Part shown: one piece after another, positions 50,794 through 64,000 of the stretch
How positions within the stretch are numbered: the first letter of the stretch is position 1
Layout: the number at the start of each line of letters is the position of its first letter
Made by a program: the position numbers and the translations under genes
Assembly (NCBI GenBank): GCA_038231135.1
Contig: JBBRLX010000010.1
Span: forward strand, 51,925-115,924
Length of the DNA: 64,000 nt
Reading direction: 5' to 3'
DNA from: Candidatus Eiseniibacteriota bacterium
GTDB taxonomy: Bacteria > Eisenbacteria > RBG-16-71-46
Notes under the pieces: model-generated
Told to the model about the DNA's origin: nothing
What the model saw: only the letters and a program-made list of their open reading frames with translations
Databases searched by the model: none

Positions 50794-51716
50794 CCGCCGA
50801 TCACGAGCTGCTCGTCGACATCATCACCCGCAAGGTGATGGAGGAGCTGCGCAACGGCCGTGGCCCCGCGACCGTCGCGGCGCCGCGTCCGGCGCCCGCG
50901 ACAGAGTCCGACCCGCACGATCCCGAGACCTGCGAGCGCTGCCGCAACTTCGGCGTGTCGGCGGTGCGCGGCCCCGACGAGACGCGGCGGCTGGTCGAGG
51001 CGGGCGCGTCGCGCGTCGTCGCCACGGTCGGCTATTGCCCGGCCAGCGACGGGCTCGCCTCGCTGATCGACCACACGCTGCTCAAGCCCGACGCCACGCG
51101 CGCCGACATCGAGACGCTGTGCAGCGAGGCGGCGCAGTTCTGCTTCGCCTCGGTGTGCGTGAATCCCAACTGGGTCCCGCTGTGCCGCGAGATGCTGCGC
51201 AACTCGGGCGTCAAGGTGTGCACGGTGATCGGGTTCCCGTCGGGGGCGCATGCGCCCGACGTGAAGGCCTACGAGACGCGCCGCGCCGTCGAGCAGGGCG
51301 CCGAGGAAGTGGACATGGTGATCAACATTGGCGCGATCAAGTCCAAGGACTACGCGCTCGTCGAGCAGGACATCCGCGGCGTCGTCCAGGCCGCGGGCCG
51401 CGACACGGTGGTGAAGGTGATCCTCGAGACCTCGCTGCTCACGCGCGAGGAGAAGATCATGGGCTCGTCGCTGGCGAAGGCGGCGGGCGCGGATTTCGTG
51501 AAGACGTCGACCGGCTTCGCCGGCGGCGGCGCCACGGTCGAGGACGTGCGCCTGATGCGCGAGACCGTGGGGCCGGAGATCGGCGTCAAGGCGTCGGGTG
51601 GCATCCGGTCCAAGGAGGACGTCGAAGCGATGGTCGAGGCGGGCGCCACGCGCATCGGCGCGTCGGCCGGCGTCAAGATCGTGCGCGGCGACACCGCCGA
51701 GGCGAAGGGCTACTAG
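50790..51716 (+). CDS. deoC: Deoxyribose-phosphate aldolase with about 90-aa N-terminal extension
   Basis: [46 protein letters not shown]. Confidence 0.96.
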   Translation: MTADHELLVDIITRKVMEELRNGRGPATVAAPRPAPATESDPHDPETCERCRNFGVSAVRGPDETRRLVEAGASRVVATVGYCPASDGLASLIDHTLLKPDATRADIETLCSEAAQFCFASVCVNPNWVPLCREMLRNSGVKVCTVIGFPSGAHAPDVKAYETRRAVEQGAEEVDMVINIGAIKSKDYALVEQDIRGVVQAAGRDTVVKVILETSLLTREEKIMGSSLAKAAGADFVKTSTGFAGGGATVEDVRLMRETVGPEIGVKASGGIRSKEDVEAMVEAGATRIGASAGVKIVRGDTAEAKGY

Positions 51717-51765
51717 TGCCCGCCGCGAGCATGACCAGGGCGCGCGGCAGGGGCTGCTAGCCCAG

Positions 51766-53070
51766 GTGGCCGACGCCCGGGAATTCCTGCGCACGAAGCG
51801 CGACGGCCGCGCCCATGCGCCCGCGGACATCGCGGAGTTCGTCGCCGGCCACATGCGCGGCGCGATCCCCGACTACCAGGTGAGCGCGTGGCTGATGGCC
51901 GCGTTCCTCAATGGCCTGGATGAATCCGAGACCGACGCGCTCACGAACGCCCTGCTCCATTCGGGCCAGGTGTTCGACTGGACCGCGATCGGGCGGCCGA
52001 GTGCCGACAAGCACTCCACCGGCGGCGTCGGCGACAAGATTTCGCTGATCCTGGCGCCGCTCGTCGCGGCGTGCGGCGTGATGGTGCCGATGGTGTCGGG
52101 CCGCGGACTCGGACACACCGGCGGCACGCTCGACAAGCTGGAGTCGATCCCCGGCTTCCGCACCCAGCTCGCGCCCGACGCCATGCGCGCGCAACTCGAG
52201 CGCATCGGCGTGATCATGGTGGGCCAGGGCGCCGAGCTGGCGCCCGCCGATGGCCGGTTCTACGCGCTGCGCGACGTGACATCGACCGTGGAGTTCGAGC
52301 CGTTCATCGTGTCGAGCATCGTCAGCAAGAAGATCGCGGAAGGCGCGGACGCGATCGTCTTCGACGTGAAATGCGGCAACGGCGCGTTCATGAAGGATCG
52401 CGCCCGCGCCGGGCACCTCGCGCAGCGGCTGGTCGCGACCACGCGCGCGCTCGGCCGGCGCGCGCTGGCGCTCGTCACCGACATGAGCCAGCCGCTCGGC
52501 ATCGCGGCCGGCAACGCGCTCGAAGTGCGGGAGAGCGTCGACGTGCTGCGTGGCGGCGGACCGGCGGACGTGCGGGCGCTGACGCTCGACCTGGCGGCCG
52601 GCATGCTCGCGCTGTCCGGCGCCGAGTCGGACCTGCACACCGCGCATGCGCGCGCCACGCGCGCGCTGGACGCGGGCGCCGCGTGGGACCGGTTCGTCGA
52701 TCTCGTGGTGGCGCAGGGCGGCGATGCCGCGGCCGTCGAGAATCCGGACGGCATGCCGGCGGCGCCGCATGTCGTGGCCGTGCCGGCCCCGCGGTCGGGC
52801 GTCGTGACCGCGGTCGACTGCTTCCGCCTCGGCGAGCTGGTGGTGCGGATCGGCGGCGGACGGCGGGCCAAGGAGGACGCGATCGACCCGCGTGTCGGAC
52901 TGATGACGCGCGCGCGGATCGGCGATCCGGTCGAGGCCGGCGATGTGCTCGCCGAGCTCCATCTAGCGACCCCCGACGACGCGGCCGTGCGCGAGGCGGC
53001 GGCGAGCTTCACGCTGGCGGACGGCGGCGACGTGACCGCGCCGGCGCTGGTGCTGGAGCGCTTCGAGTAG
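51766..53070 (+). CDS. pdp: Pyrimidine-nucleoside/thymidine phosphorylase
   Basis: KRDG, PDYQ, DKHSTGGVGDK, SGRGLGHTGGTLDKLESI, SKKIAEG, DVK.G.GAFMK. Confidence 0.92.
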   Translation: MADAREFLRTKRDGRAHAPADIAEFVAGHMRGAIPDYQVSAWLMAAFLNGLDESETDALTNALLHSGQVFDWTAIGRPSADKHSTGGVGDKISLILAPLVAACGVMVPMVSGRGLGHTGGTLDKLESIPGFRTQLAPDAMRAQLERIGVIMVGQGAELAPADGRFYALRDVTSTVEFEPFIVSSIVSKKIAEGADAIVFDVKCGNGAFMKDRARAGHLAQRLVATTRALGRRALALVTDMSQPLGIAAGNALEVRESVDVLRGGGPADVRALTLDLAAGMLALSGAESDLHTAHARATRALDAGAAWDRFVDLVVAQGGDAAAVENPDGMPAAPHVVAVPAPRSGVVTAVDCFRLGELVVRIGGGRRAKEDAIDPRVGLMTRARIGDPVEAGDVLAELHLATPDDAAVREAAASFTLADGGDVTAPALVLERFE

Positions 53071-53094
53071 GCCGGCCCCGCGGCGTCCGCGCGC

Positions 53095-55287
53095 TCAGAT
53101 CGTGCGGCCGCGTGGCTTGTCCGGTGGGCGCTTCGAACGGTCCGGCAGGCGCTCCGCGGGCGCCCCGGGCGCCACGGGTGAGGCCGGCGTCGCGGGTGCG
53201 ACGTCCTCGGGCGGCGTCTCGTCGGGCGGCGGAACCAGCGGCTGGGTGCCCACGCTCGTCGGCAGGGGGCGGCCGGGATGGGTGGTGCAGTACTCGGTCG
53301 GCTCCGAGCCCTCGTTGTACGTCTCCGTGGTCACGGTGGGGCACGCGTCGGTGGCGAGCATGCCGGTCTCCGCGCACACCTGGCGCGTGACCGTGCCCGC
53401 GGGCTGCGGGAAGTCTTCCACGGGGCGCCCGCGCGTGGCCGCGATCATGAAGTCGGTCCATATCGGCAGCGCCGCGCGCGCGCCGGTCATGCCATTGCCG
53501 ATCGTCCGTTTCACGTCGTATCCGACCCACGCGCCCGCGACGAGACTCGGGACGTAGCCGACGAACCATGCGTCCATGTAATCGTCCATCGTGCCGGTCT
53601 TGCCCGCGGCGGGCAGCGTGAAGCCGCGCGCGCGCGACGGGAAGCCGGTGCCGTGGTCCATGACGCTCTGCAGCATCGACGTAATCGTGCTCGCCGTCTC
53701 CTCGGTCAGCACCTCGGTCGGTCGCGGCGAATTCTTCTCGAGCACGTTGCCGTTCTTGTCCTCGACCTTGAGGATCGAGATCGGGTCGTTGCGGATGCCG
53801 CGGTTCGCGAGCACCGCGTAGGCCGACGTCAACTCCAGCAGATTCACCTCGCTCGAGCCCAGCGCGAGCGACAGGTTCTGCCCCAGCGCGCTCTTGATGC
53901 CCATGCGCCGCGCGTAGCTCGCGACCAGCGACGTGCCGACCTTGCGCAGCAGTTTGATCGCGGGAATGTTGATCGACTGCTGCAGCGCGTAGCGCAGCGT
54001 CACCGGGCCGCGGAACTGCCGGTCGTAATTGCCCGGCTGGTAGAGCTTGCCGTCGCCGCCGGGGAACGACACCGGCTCGTCCACGATGATGTCGGTGGGT
54101 CGGAAGCCGTTGTCGATCGCCGCCGTGTAGACGAACGGCTTGAACGCGGAGCCCGGCTGGCGCATCGCCTGGGTCGCGCGGTTGAAGTTGCTCTGGTTGA
54201 AGTCGCGGCCGCCGACCATCGCGCGGATGTAGCCGTTGCGCGGATCGATCGCGACGAACGCGCCCTGGAGGTAGGTGGGCCGGATCAGCTTCTCGGGCGG
54301 CTGGGGCACGTAGTTGGCGTAGGTGTTCTTCAGCTTGAGATCCGCCTCGAGCGCCCCGAGATCCCGTTCGAGCGCGCGCTCCGCCGCCGTCTGCAGGTCG
54401 ATGTCGATCGTGGTGTAGACACGCAGCCCGCCCTCGTACACGGCGTTCGAGCCGTAGCGCTCGTCGAGGTGCAGCCGCACCATCTCGGTGAAGTACGGCG
54501 CGCGCTCGTTGCTGTAACGCACCGCGGTCACGCCGAGCGGCGACGCCATCGCGTGATCGAACTCGACCCGCGTGATCGCGCCGGTCGTCAGCATGTTGCG
54601 CAGCACCTTGCTGCGGCGCGCCAGCGCCGACGCCGGGTGGTGGCGGGGCGAGTACTGGGTCGGACTCGCGGGCAGTCCGGCGAGCAGCGCGGCCTCGGGC
54701 AGGCTCAGTTCCTGGACGGTCTTGTTGAAGTAGGTTTTCGACGCGGCGTCGACGCCGTACGCCCCTTCGCCGAAGTAGATCTGGTTGAAGTACATCTCGA
54801 GGATCTGGTTCTTCGAGAAATTGCGCTCGATCTGGATGGCCAGCGCCACCTCGCGCAGCTTGCGTGTCAGCGTGCGCTCGTAGGTGCCGAACAGGTTCCG
54901 CGCGAGCTGCTGCGTGATCGTGCTGCCGCCCTCGGTGATGCGCCGGTGCATCAGGTTCGACAGCGCGGCGCGCCCCACGCCCCAGATGTCGACACCCCAG
55001 TGCTGGTAGAAGCTGCGATCCTCGGTGGAGATCGTGGCGTTCACCAGGTTCCGCGGGATGTCCTTGAGTGCCACCGTCGAGCGGTTTTCCTTGAAGAACT
55101 CGTGGAACACGCGGCCCCGGGCATCGAACACCAGGGTCTTGACCGGCGGACGGATCGCGGTGAGCTGGTCGGGCGTCGGCAGGTCGTGGCCGAGCCACTG
55201 CACGACGCCGAACACCGCGCCCGCCGAGCCGCACACGGCGACCACCACCAGCACGAAGAACATTTTCCAGGGGAATCGCATCGTCAT
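53095..55287 (-). CDS. Class A penicillin-binding protein (PBP1A family)
   Basis: TED..F.H.G, GGSTITQQL, RKL.E, PGSAFK, SIN, KTG. Confidence 0.95.
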   Translation of the reverse strand: MTMRFPWKMFFVLVVVAVCGSAGAVFGVVQWLGHDLPTPDQLTAIRPPVKTLVFDARGRVFHEFFKENRSTVALKDIPRNLVNATISTEDRSFYQHWGVDIWGVGRAALSNLMHRRITEGGSTITQQLARNLFGTYERTLTRKLREVALAIQIERNFSKNQILEMYFNQIYFGEGAYGVDAASKTYFNKTVQELSLPEAALLAGLPASPTQYSPRHHPASALARRSKVLRNMLTTGAITRVEFDHAMASPLGVTAVRYSNERAPYFTEMVRLHLDERYGSNAVYEGGLRVYTTIDIDLQTAAERALERDLGALEADLKLKNTYANYVPQPPEKLIRPTYLQGAFVAIDPRNGYIRAMVGGRDFNQSNFNRATQAMRQPGSAFKPFVYTAAIDNGFRPTDIIVDEPVSFPGGDGKLYQPGNYDRQFRGPVTLRYALQQSINIPAIKLLRKVGTSLVASYARRMGIKSALGQNLSLALGSSEVNLLELTSAYAVLANRGIRNDPISILKVEDKNGNVLEKNSPRPTEVLTEETASTITSMLQSVMDHGTGFPSRARGFTLPAAGKTGTMDDYMDAWFVGYVPSLVAGAWVGYDVKRTIGNGMTGARAALPIWTDFMIAATRGRPVEDFPQPAGTVTRQVCAETGMLATDACPTVTTETYNEGSEPTEYCTTHPGRPLPTSVGTQPLVPPPDETPPEDVAPATPASPVAPGAPAERLPDRSKRPPDKPRGRTI

Positions 55288-55446
55288 AGGGATCGAATGT
55301 TCCGGGCTTGGGGATCGAGTGGAATGGTTGATCCGCGAGCGTAGGAGGCGACCCCCACAGGGTCAAGCACACCCGGTGAGACGCCGTGAATTTGAGGGCG
55401 GCGCTCGGCACTCGTACACTGCGGCCCTTCCGCCGGAGGTCGCCGC

Positions 55447-56718
55447 ATGAGTCTGCCGCTTCGCCAAACCCTGACACCCGAACAGCAACTCGAGATCCTC
55501 GCCCGCGGGACGGAGGAGATCTTGCCCGAGGGCGCGCTGCTCGAGCGGCTCGCGGAGAGCCGGCGCGACAACCGGCCGCTGAGGGTCAAGCAGGGCTTCG
55601 ACCCCACGGCGCCCGACATCCATCTCGGCCACACGGTGGGTCTGAGGAAGCTGCGGCAATTCCAGGACCTCGGCCACCAGGTAGTGCTGATCGTCGGCGA
55701 CTACACCGGCATGGTCGGCGACCCCAGCGGCCGCAGCAAGACCCGCCCGCAGCTCACGATGGGAGAAGTGGAGTCGAACGCGCGCACGTATCTGGAGCAA
55801 TTCCACCGCGTGATCGACGCCGCGCCCGCCGCGCCGCGGCTCGCGACCGAGGTGCACCGCAACGGTGACTGGTTCTCCAGGATGTCGTTCATGGACGTGA
55901 TGAAGCTCGCGTCGCAGTACACCGTGGCCCGCGTGCTCGAGCGCGAGGACTTCTCCAGGCGCTTCAAGGCCAACCAGCCGATCAGCATTCACGAGCTGAT
56001 GTACCCGCTGATGCAGGGCTTCGACTCGGTCGCGATCCGCGCCGACGTCGAGCTGGGCGCCACCGAGCAGAAGTTCAACCTGATCGTGGGGCGCGCGCTG
56101 CAGGAGCTGCACGGCCAGCCGCCGCAGGTGGTGCTGACGCTGCCGGTGCTGCCCGGCCTCGACGGCGTGCAGCGCATGAGCAAGAGCCTCGGGAACTACA
56201 TCGGCGTCACCGATTCGCCGCGCGAGATGTTCGGCAAGGTGATGAGCCTGCCGGACGCCGTGATGCCGCTGTTCTGGCGCCTGGTCACCGACGCCGATGC
56301 CGCCGAGCTGGCGGCGATCGAGCGCGAGCTGGCGGATTCCGCGGTGAACCCGATGACGGTGAAGAACCGCCTGGGAGAGCGCATCGTGACGATGTACCAC
56401 GGTGGCGGCGCGGGCCCGCAGGCGCGCGCCGACTTCGAGACCCAGTTCAGCCGCCGCGAGGTGCCGGACGACCTCGAGGAGTTCGGCCGGGCGGCCGTGA
56501 TGGCGGCGCAGGGGCATGCCCCGCGCGTCACGATCACCGAGTTCCTGGTGGCGAGCGGGATCGCGACCACGAAGAGCGCGGCCCGCAGGCTCGTCGAGCA
56601 GGGCGCCGTGTGGCTCGATGGCGACAAAGTCGCGGATATCGGGCATGAACCGGACCTGGCCGCGGGCCAGGTGCTCCGGGCGGGCCGGAAAATGAAGCGG
56701 TACGTCGCCGGGAGCTGA
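55447..56718 (+). CDS. tyrS: Tyrosine--tRNA ligase
   Basis: GFDPTAPDIHLGH, GDPSG, YPLMQGFD, RMSKS, C-terminal S4-like domain. Confidence 0.96.
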   Translation: MSLPLRQTLTPEQQLEILARGTEEILPEGALLERLAESRRDNRPLRVKQGFDPTAPDIHLGHTVGLRKLRQFQDLGHQVVLIVGDYTGMVGDPSGRSKTRPQLTMGEVESNARTYLEQFHRVIDAAPAAPRLATEVHRNGDWFSRMSFMDVMKLASQYTVARVLEREDFSRRFKANQPISIHELMYPLMQGFDSVAIRADVELGATEQKFNLIVGRALQELHGQPPQVVLTLPVLPGLDGVQRMSKSLGNYIGVTDSPREMFGKVMSLPDAVMPLFWRLVTDADAAELAAIERELADSAVNPMTVKNRLGERIVTMYHGGGAGPQARADFETQFSRREVPDDLEEFGRAAVMAAQGHAPRVTITEFLVASGIATTKSAARRLVEQGAVWLDGDKVADIGHEPDLAAGQVLRAGRKMKRYVAGS

Positions 56719-56983
56719 CGCCTGCGCGCGGTGGCCTCGGTGCACTGGATCGCGGAAGATCATCCACCGCTCGACCGATCCGGAACGCCCCGGATCGCAC
56801 CGGAGATGCCATCACGGGCGTCCGGATCGGTCCGGGTGTGGAACTGCTGGAATCCGAGGTATTTCTGAGGTTTTCGGGGCGTTGGAGGGAGCTTTCGCCC
56901 TCACCGGGTCCTGGACTTGGAGCGCGATCGGTCGAGTCCCTCAAGCCCTTGCGGCAGCGTAATTAGAAAATCACCCCTCAGGG

Positions 56984-57012
56984 TTGACAGGCTCGTGGGC
57001 CCGCCCTATATT
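56984..57012 (+). promoter_or_regulatory. rrn promoter
   Basis: TTGACA-N17-TATATT with AT-rich upstream and GC-rich discriminator. Confidence 0.75.
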
Positions 57013-57121
57013 GCCCCTTGCCGTAGGGAATGCCTCCCGTTCATTCAACTTGACTTCCAAATACATCCGAGGCTAGATTCCCCGTCCGCCTTTTCCTCCG
57101 GGAGCAGGCGGCCGTAACCAC

Positions 57122-57133
57122 GATCTTTGAAAA
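57122..57133 (+). promoter_or_regulatory. rrn boxA-like antitermination site (second copy at 59391-59402)
   Basis: GATCTTTGAAAA in leader, GATCTTTGACAA in spacer. Confidence 0.65.
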
Positions 57134-57277
57134 CTGAATAGCGCACGTGACTTTGAAAGCCCGGCGAGGCGCTCGCAGGCATCGGATGTTCGGTGTCGGC
57201 GAGAACATCAATTCCTTGCTTGAAAGATCCGTGTTCGTGAGGCGCAAGCTTCGCGGGCACGTTCTCCGAGTTTAATT

Positions 57278-58840
<1,563 letters not shown>

Positions 58841-59091
58841 GGGAGACATGTCGCCGGTTCGCCGGTGATATATCCTAGGTCGACCTCCCGGGTTTTCAGG
58901 TCCGTGCGCTATTCTTCTCTCTTTCTGGAGCTTGGGCTGGAGCGAGCCTGGCTGGACATGGTCCGGTCGGGCTCGATTCGTCCCTCCGATGCAGAACCAG
59001 GCTCGGTTCCGTTCGGAACCGTGGCGAGGGAGGGTTCGGAACGAGCTCCCACTCACCAATGGCTCGAATCCTCGCGACTGTTTCGAGGTGT

Positions 59092-59168
<77 letters not shown>

Positions 59169-59214
59169 ACGCTCCTGGCCTGCGGCCCTTCACGGGGCCG
59201 CGGGCATCGGCTCC

Positions 59215-59290
59215 GGGGATATAGCTCAACTGGGAGAGCGCCGGCTTTGCAAGCCGGAGGCTGCGGGTTCGAGCCCCGCTATCTCCACCA
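59215..59290 (+). tRNA. tRNA-Ala(TGC)
   Basis: Cloverleaf, loop TTTGCAA, G3:U70, CCA. Confidence 0.97.
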
Positions 59291-61218
59291 GAACGAGAGA
59301 CGGCATCGGTCCATGACCGGTCCGCATATAGATCTTACGCATCACGAATTCATATTCGTGATGCCGCGCAGACACGAGAGTGTCGCGATCGATCTTTGAC
59401 AATCGAATAGAGACGCTGGGTAGACGCTGTAGTTAGCGCCTTAGAGATCAGTAATTCCGGTCAAGCTACTAAGGGCGCATGGTGGATGCCTTGGCACGAG
59501 AAGGCGATGAAGGACGTGGTAAGCTGCGATAAGCCTCGGTGAGCCGCAAACAGGCTTCGACCCGGGGATGTCCGAATGGGGAAACCCGGCGGGAGTCATG
59601 TCCCGTCATCACCCGCTGAATGCATAGGCGGAGTGAAGCCAACGGGGGGAAGTGAGACATCTCAGTACCCCTAGGAAGAGAAAGAAAATTCGATTCCCTG
59701 AGTAGCGGCGAGCGAAAAGGGATGAGCCTAAACCCGAGCACGCTTGCGTGCGGAGGGGTCGTGGGATCTGTTCGGCGTAGAGCCGGAGAGTTACAAATCA
59801 ACACGCTAGTCGAACCGTCTGGGAAGTCGGACCATAGAGGGTGAAAGTCCCGTAGGCGAAAGCGCGTTGACTCTCTGAACAGACACCCAAGTACCACAGG
59901 ACACGTGAAATCCGGTGGGAATCTGCGAGGACCATCTCGTAAGGCTAAATACTCTCTCGTGACCGATAGTGAACCAGTACCGTGAGGGAAAGGTGAAAAG
60001 GACTCCAGGTGGAGAGTGAAATAGAACCTGAAACCATGCGCCTACAAGCGGTCGGAGCCTTAATGCGGAGCTTGCTCCGCAAGCGGGTGACGGCGTGCCT
60101 TTTGCATAATGATCCGGCGAGTTACTCGTCTGCAGCAAGGTTAAGTGTCTATGACACGCAGCCGTAGCGAAAGCGAGTCCGAAATGGGCGATCAGTTGCA
60201 GGCGGTAGACCCGAAGCGTGAGTGATCTACCCATGGCCAGGATGAAGCGAATGTCAAAGTTCGTGGAGGTCCGAACCGGTTAACGTTGAAAAGTTATCGG
60301 ATGAGCCGTGGGTAGGGGTGAAAGGCCAATCAAACCACGTGATAGCTGGTTCTCCCCGAAATATGTTTAGCCATAGCCTCGAGTCATTGTGTCACGGAGG
60401 TAGAGCACTGATTGGACTAGGGTCCCCACCAGGATACCAAATCCATTCAAACTCCGAATGCCGTCGACATTTATCTCGGGAGTCAGCCTACGAGGGATAA
60501 GCTTCGTAGACGAGAGGGGAACAACCCAGACCAACAGCTAAGGTCCCAGAGTGCAAGCTAAGTGCATAAGGATGTGGGATCGCTTAGACAACCAGGATGT
60601 TGGCTTAGAAGCAGCCACCATTTAAAGAGTGCGTAACAGCTCACTGGTCAAGGGATCCTGCGCCGATAATGTGCGGGACTCAAGCTTGCCACCGAAGCTT
60701 TGGATTCGTCGAAAGACGTCTGGTAGGGGAGCGTTCTGCTGTAGGATGAAGCTCAACCGACAAGGTTGGGTCGACGACGCAGAAGTGATTATGCCGGAAC
60801 GAGTAGCGAGAAAACGGGCGAGAAACCCGTTCACCGAAAACCCAAGGTTTCCTGAGGAAGGTTAATCCGCTCAGGGTTAGTCGGACCCTAAGGTGAGGCC
60901 GCGAGGCGTAACCGATGGAAAGCAGGTCAATATTCCTGCACCGCTGAAGGAGCGATCAAGACACGAAGGGGTGACGCAGAAGTGAAAGACCAGCCGGCGA
61001 ACGGTAGTGCCGGTCTAAGCCCGTAGGAGGATCTGCCAGGCAAATCCGGTGGGTCATTAACTCCGAGAGGTGATGGGGAAACGAGCCGCAAGGCGAGCCA
61101 ACTGGTCCTAATCATGCTGCCAAGAAAAGCCTCGTAGTGAGTTCTTTTGGCGTCCGTACCGTAAACCGACACAGGTAGGTGGGGTGAAGATCCTAAGGTG
61201 CTCGAGTGAGTCTTGCAG

Positions 61219-61251
<33 letters not shown>

Positions 61252-61442
61252 AATAAGGGGTGCCCGATGTGTGAAGGGACTTGCTCCCGTAAGCACGTTG
61301 GGCCGCAGTGAATGGAGTCAAGCGACTGTTTACCAAAAACACATCTCTCTGCTAAGCCGATGAGGCGACGTATAGGGAGTGACACCTGCCCGGTGCCGGA
61401 AGGTTAAAGAGAGGGGTCAGGCGCAAGCCAAAGCTCTGAACT

Positions 61443-61478
<36 letters not shown>

Positions 61479-61560
61479 GGAAAATCCTTGTGCCGTTTTC
61501 AAATCTGGCTATTTGCTGGAATATCTGAGTTATCCCATGTTACCGAGAAGGTGAAAACGC

Positions 61561-62543
<983 letters not shown>

Positions 62544-62828
62544 GACTGCTGTCTCCTGCAAGAGCTCGGCGAAACTGTAGCAGCGGTGAAGATGCCGCTT
62601 ACCCGCGACTGGACAGAAAGACCCCGTGCACCTTTACTGTAACCTGATATTGGGTTCTGAACTTTCATGTGTAGGATAGGTGGGAGGCTTTGAAGCGGGA
62701 GCGCTAGCTCTCGTGGAGCCAACCTTGAAATACCACCCTTGAAATTTCGGGATTCTAACCCTGAGCCGTAATCCGGCCATGGAACAGTGTCAGGCGGGCA
62801 GTTTAACTGGGGCGGTTGCCTCCTAAAC

Positions 62829-62861
<33 letters not shown>

Positions 62862-62983
62862 CGTTGGTAATGGCGCGTGGAGTGCAAAGGCACAAGGGAG
62901 CTTAACTGCGAGACCTACAAGTCGAGCAGATGCGAAAGCAGGGCTTAGTGATCCGGTGGTTCTGCATGGAAAGGCCATCGCTT

Positions 62984-63022
<39 letters not shown>

Positions 63023-63046
63023 TCCCGAGAGTTCACATCGACGGAG

Positions 63047-63129
<83 letters not shown>

Positions 63130-63134
63130 TACGT

Positions 63135-63180
<46 letters not shown>

Positions 63181-63543
63181 TGGGCGGAGGATCCTTGCGG
63201 GGAGTTGCTCCTAGTACGAGAGGACCGGAGCGAACGAACCTCTAGTGTACCGGTTGTCCTGCCATGGGCATTGCCGGGTAGCTATGTTCGGAAGTGATAA
63301 GCGCTGAAAGCCTCTAAGCGCGAAACACACCCCAAGATTAGGGATCCCGTGGCGTATGCCACCTGAAGGCTCGTCGGAGATTACGACGTCGATAGGCGGG
63401 AGGTGTAAGGTCCGTAAGGATTTCAGCCGACCCGTACTAATCAGCCGTGCGGCTTGATTGGTTTTATTGATTTCTCAGGCGCACACTACTACCCGTCGCC
63501 CAGCGTCTCTTTCGATTGTCGATGTCTTTGAAAATATAGAATT

Positions 63544-63658
<115 letters not shown>

Positions 63659-63668
63659 TTAATTCATG

Positions 63669-63703
63669 CAGCCTCGCGGATCGCTCCGTGGGGCTGTTTT
63701 TTT
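63669..63703 (+). terminator. rrn intrinsic terminator
   Basis: cagcctcgcgga/tccgtggggctg stem plus T7. Confidence 0.88.
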
Positions 63704-64000
63704 GGCTCCTCTCAGATTTCCGTGTGAGCCGTGGCGCCTCACAGCACGATCCTCGCCCACGGGTTGTGGCGTAGCCCGCAGCGCTGGAGGATCTTCAGCT
63801 TGAAGTACTCGGGGTCGCGATAGCCTCTCGCCTGGAAGCGCAGCGCCGCGATCTGGCTGTTGGTGGCCTCGGCCAGTCCCAACGGCACGTCGTGCTCGTG
63901 GCCGGCGATGACGGCGTCGAGATGGTTCGCGATCCGGTGCGCGACGCGTGCGAGCTCCGCCAGGCCGCTGCCCAGCGTGGCCACGATCCAGTCGTGCAGC
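63704..64000 (-). mobile_element. ISL3-family insertion sequence end with transposase C-terminus (CDS 63739 to window edge)
   Basis: ..AEATNSQI..RFQARGYRDPEYFKLKIL matches the ISL3 E..N..I......GY/FR....F motif. Element end starts GGCTC next to a T-tract. Confidence 0.8.

Overview
High-GC bacterial chromosomal segment, mostly housekeeping genes. In order: a GT-C-like membrane protein, an XRE-cupin regulator, a heterodimeric ABC exporter, a dehydrogenase-mobA-lysA run, etfBA, and a complex I cluster with only the membrane-arm genes (nuoA-H-J-K-L-M-N). Then a small accessory patch (S41-like protease, beta-propeller, His-tailed DMT transporter, SRPBCC remnant, membrane protein plus Xis/BldC-like HTH), moaC-moeA, a sensor-less sigma54 activator, AlaX and a DEAD-box protein with degenerate motifs. 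Then mutM, a murQ-ABC-anmK-spoIID cell-wall sugar recycling operon, tRNA-Asp, a very acidic small protein, speB, an RlmI-like methyltransferase, an AbiEi antitoxin whose toxin has lost its catalytic domain, and mazG. Then alr-deoB-cdd-deoC-pdp, PBP1A and tyrS. The window ends with a complete rrn operon (16S-tRNAIle-tRNAAla-23S-5S) and an ISL3-like element. The 23S gene carries two group I introns (E. coli positions about 1923 and 1951) separated by a 28-nt exon. The first encodes a LAGLIDADG endonuclease whose stop codon lies in the downstream exon. Other highlights: a relay of two identical translationally coupled octapeptide ORFs between etfB and etfA, a DeoC with a putative microcompartment encapsulation peptide, and 10-bp phased repeats over the promoter of the Xis/BldC-like operon. 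All calls come from manual motif reading. No database searches were run and the taxon is not assigned.
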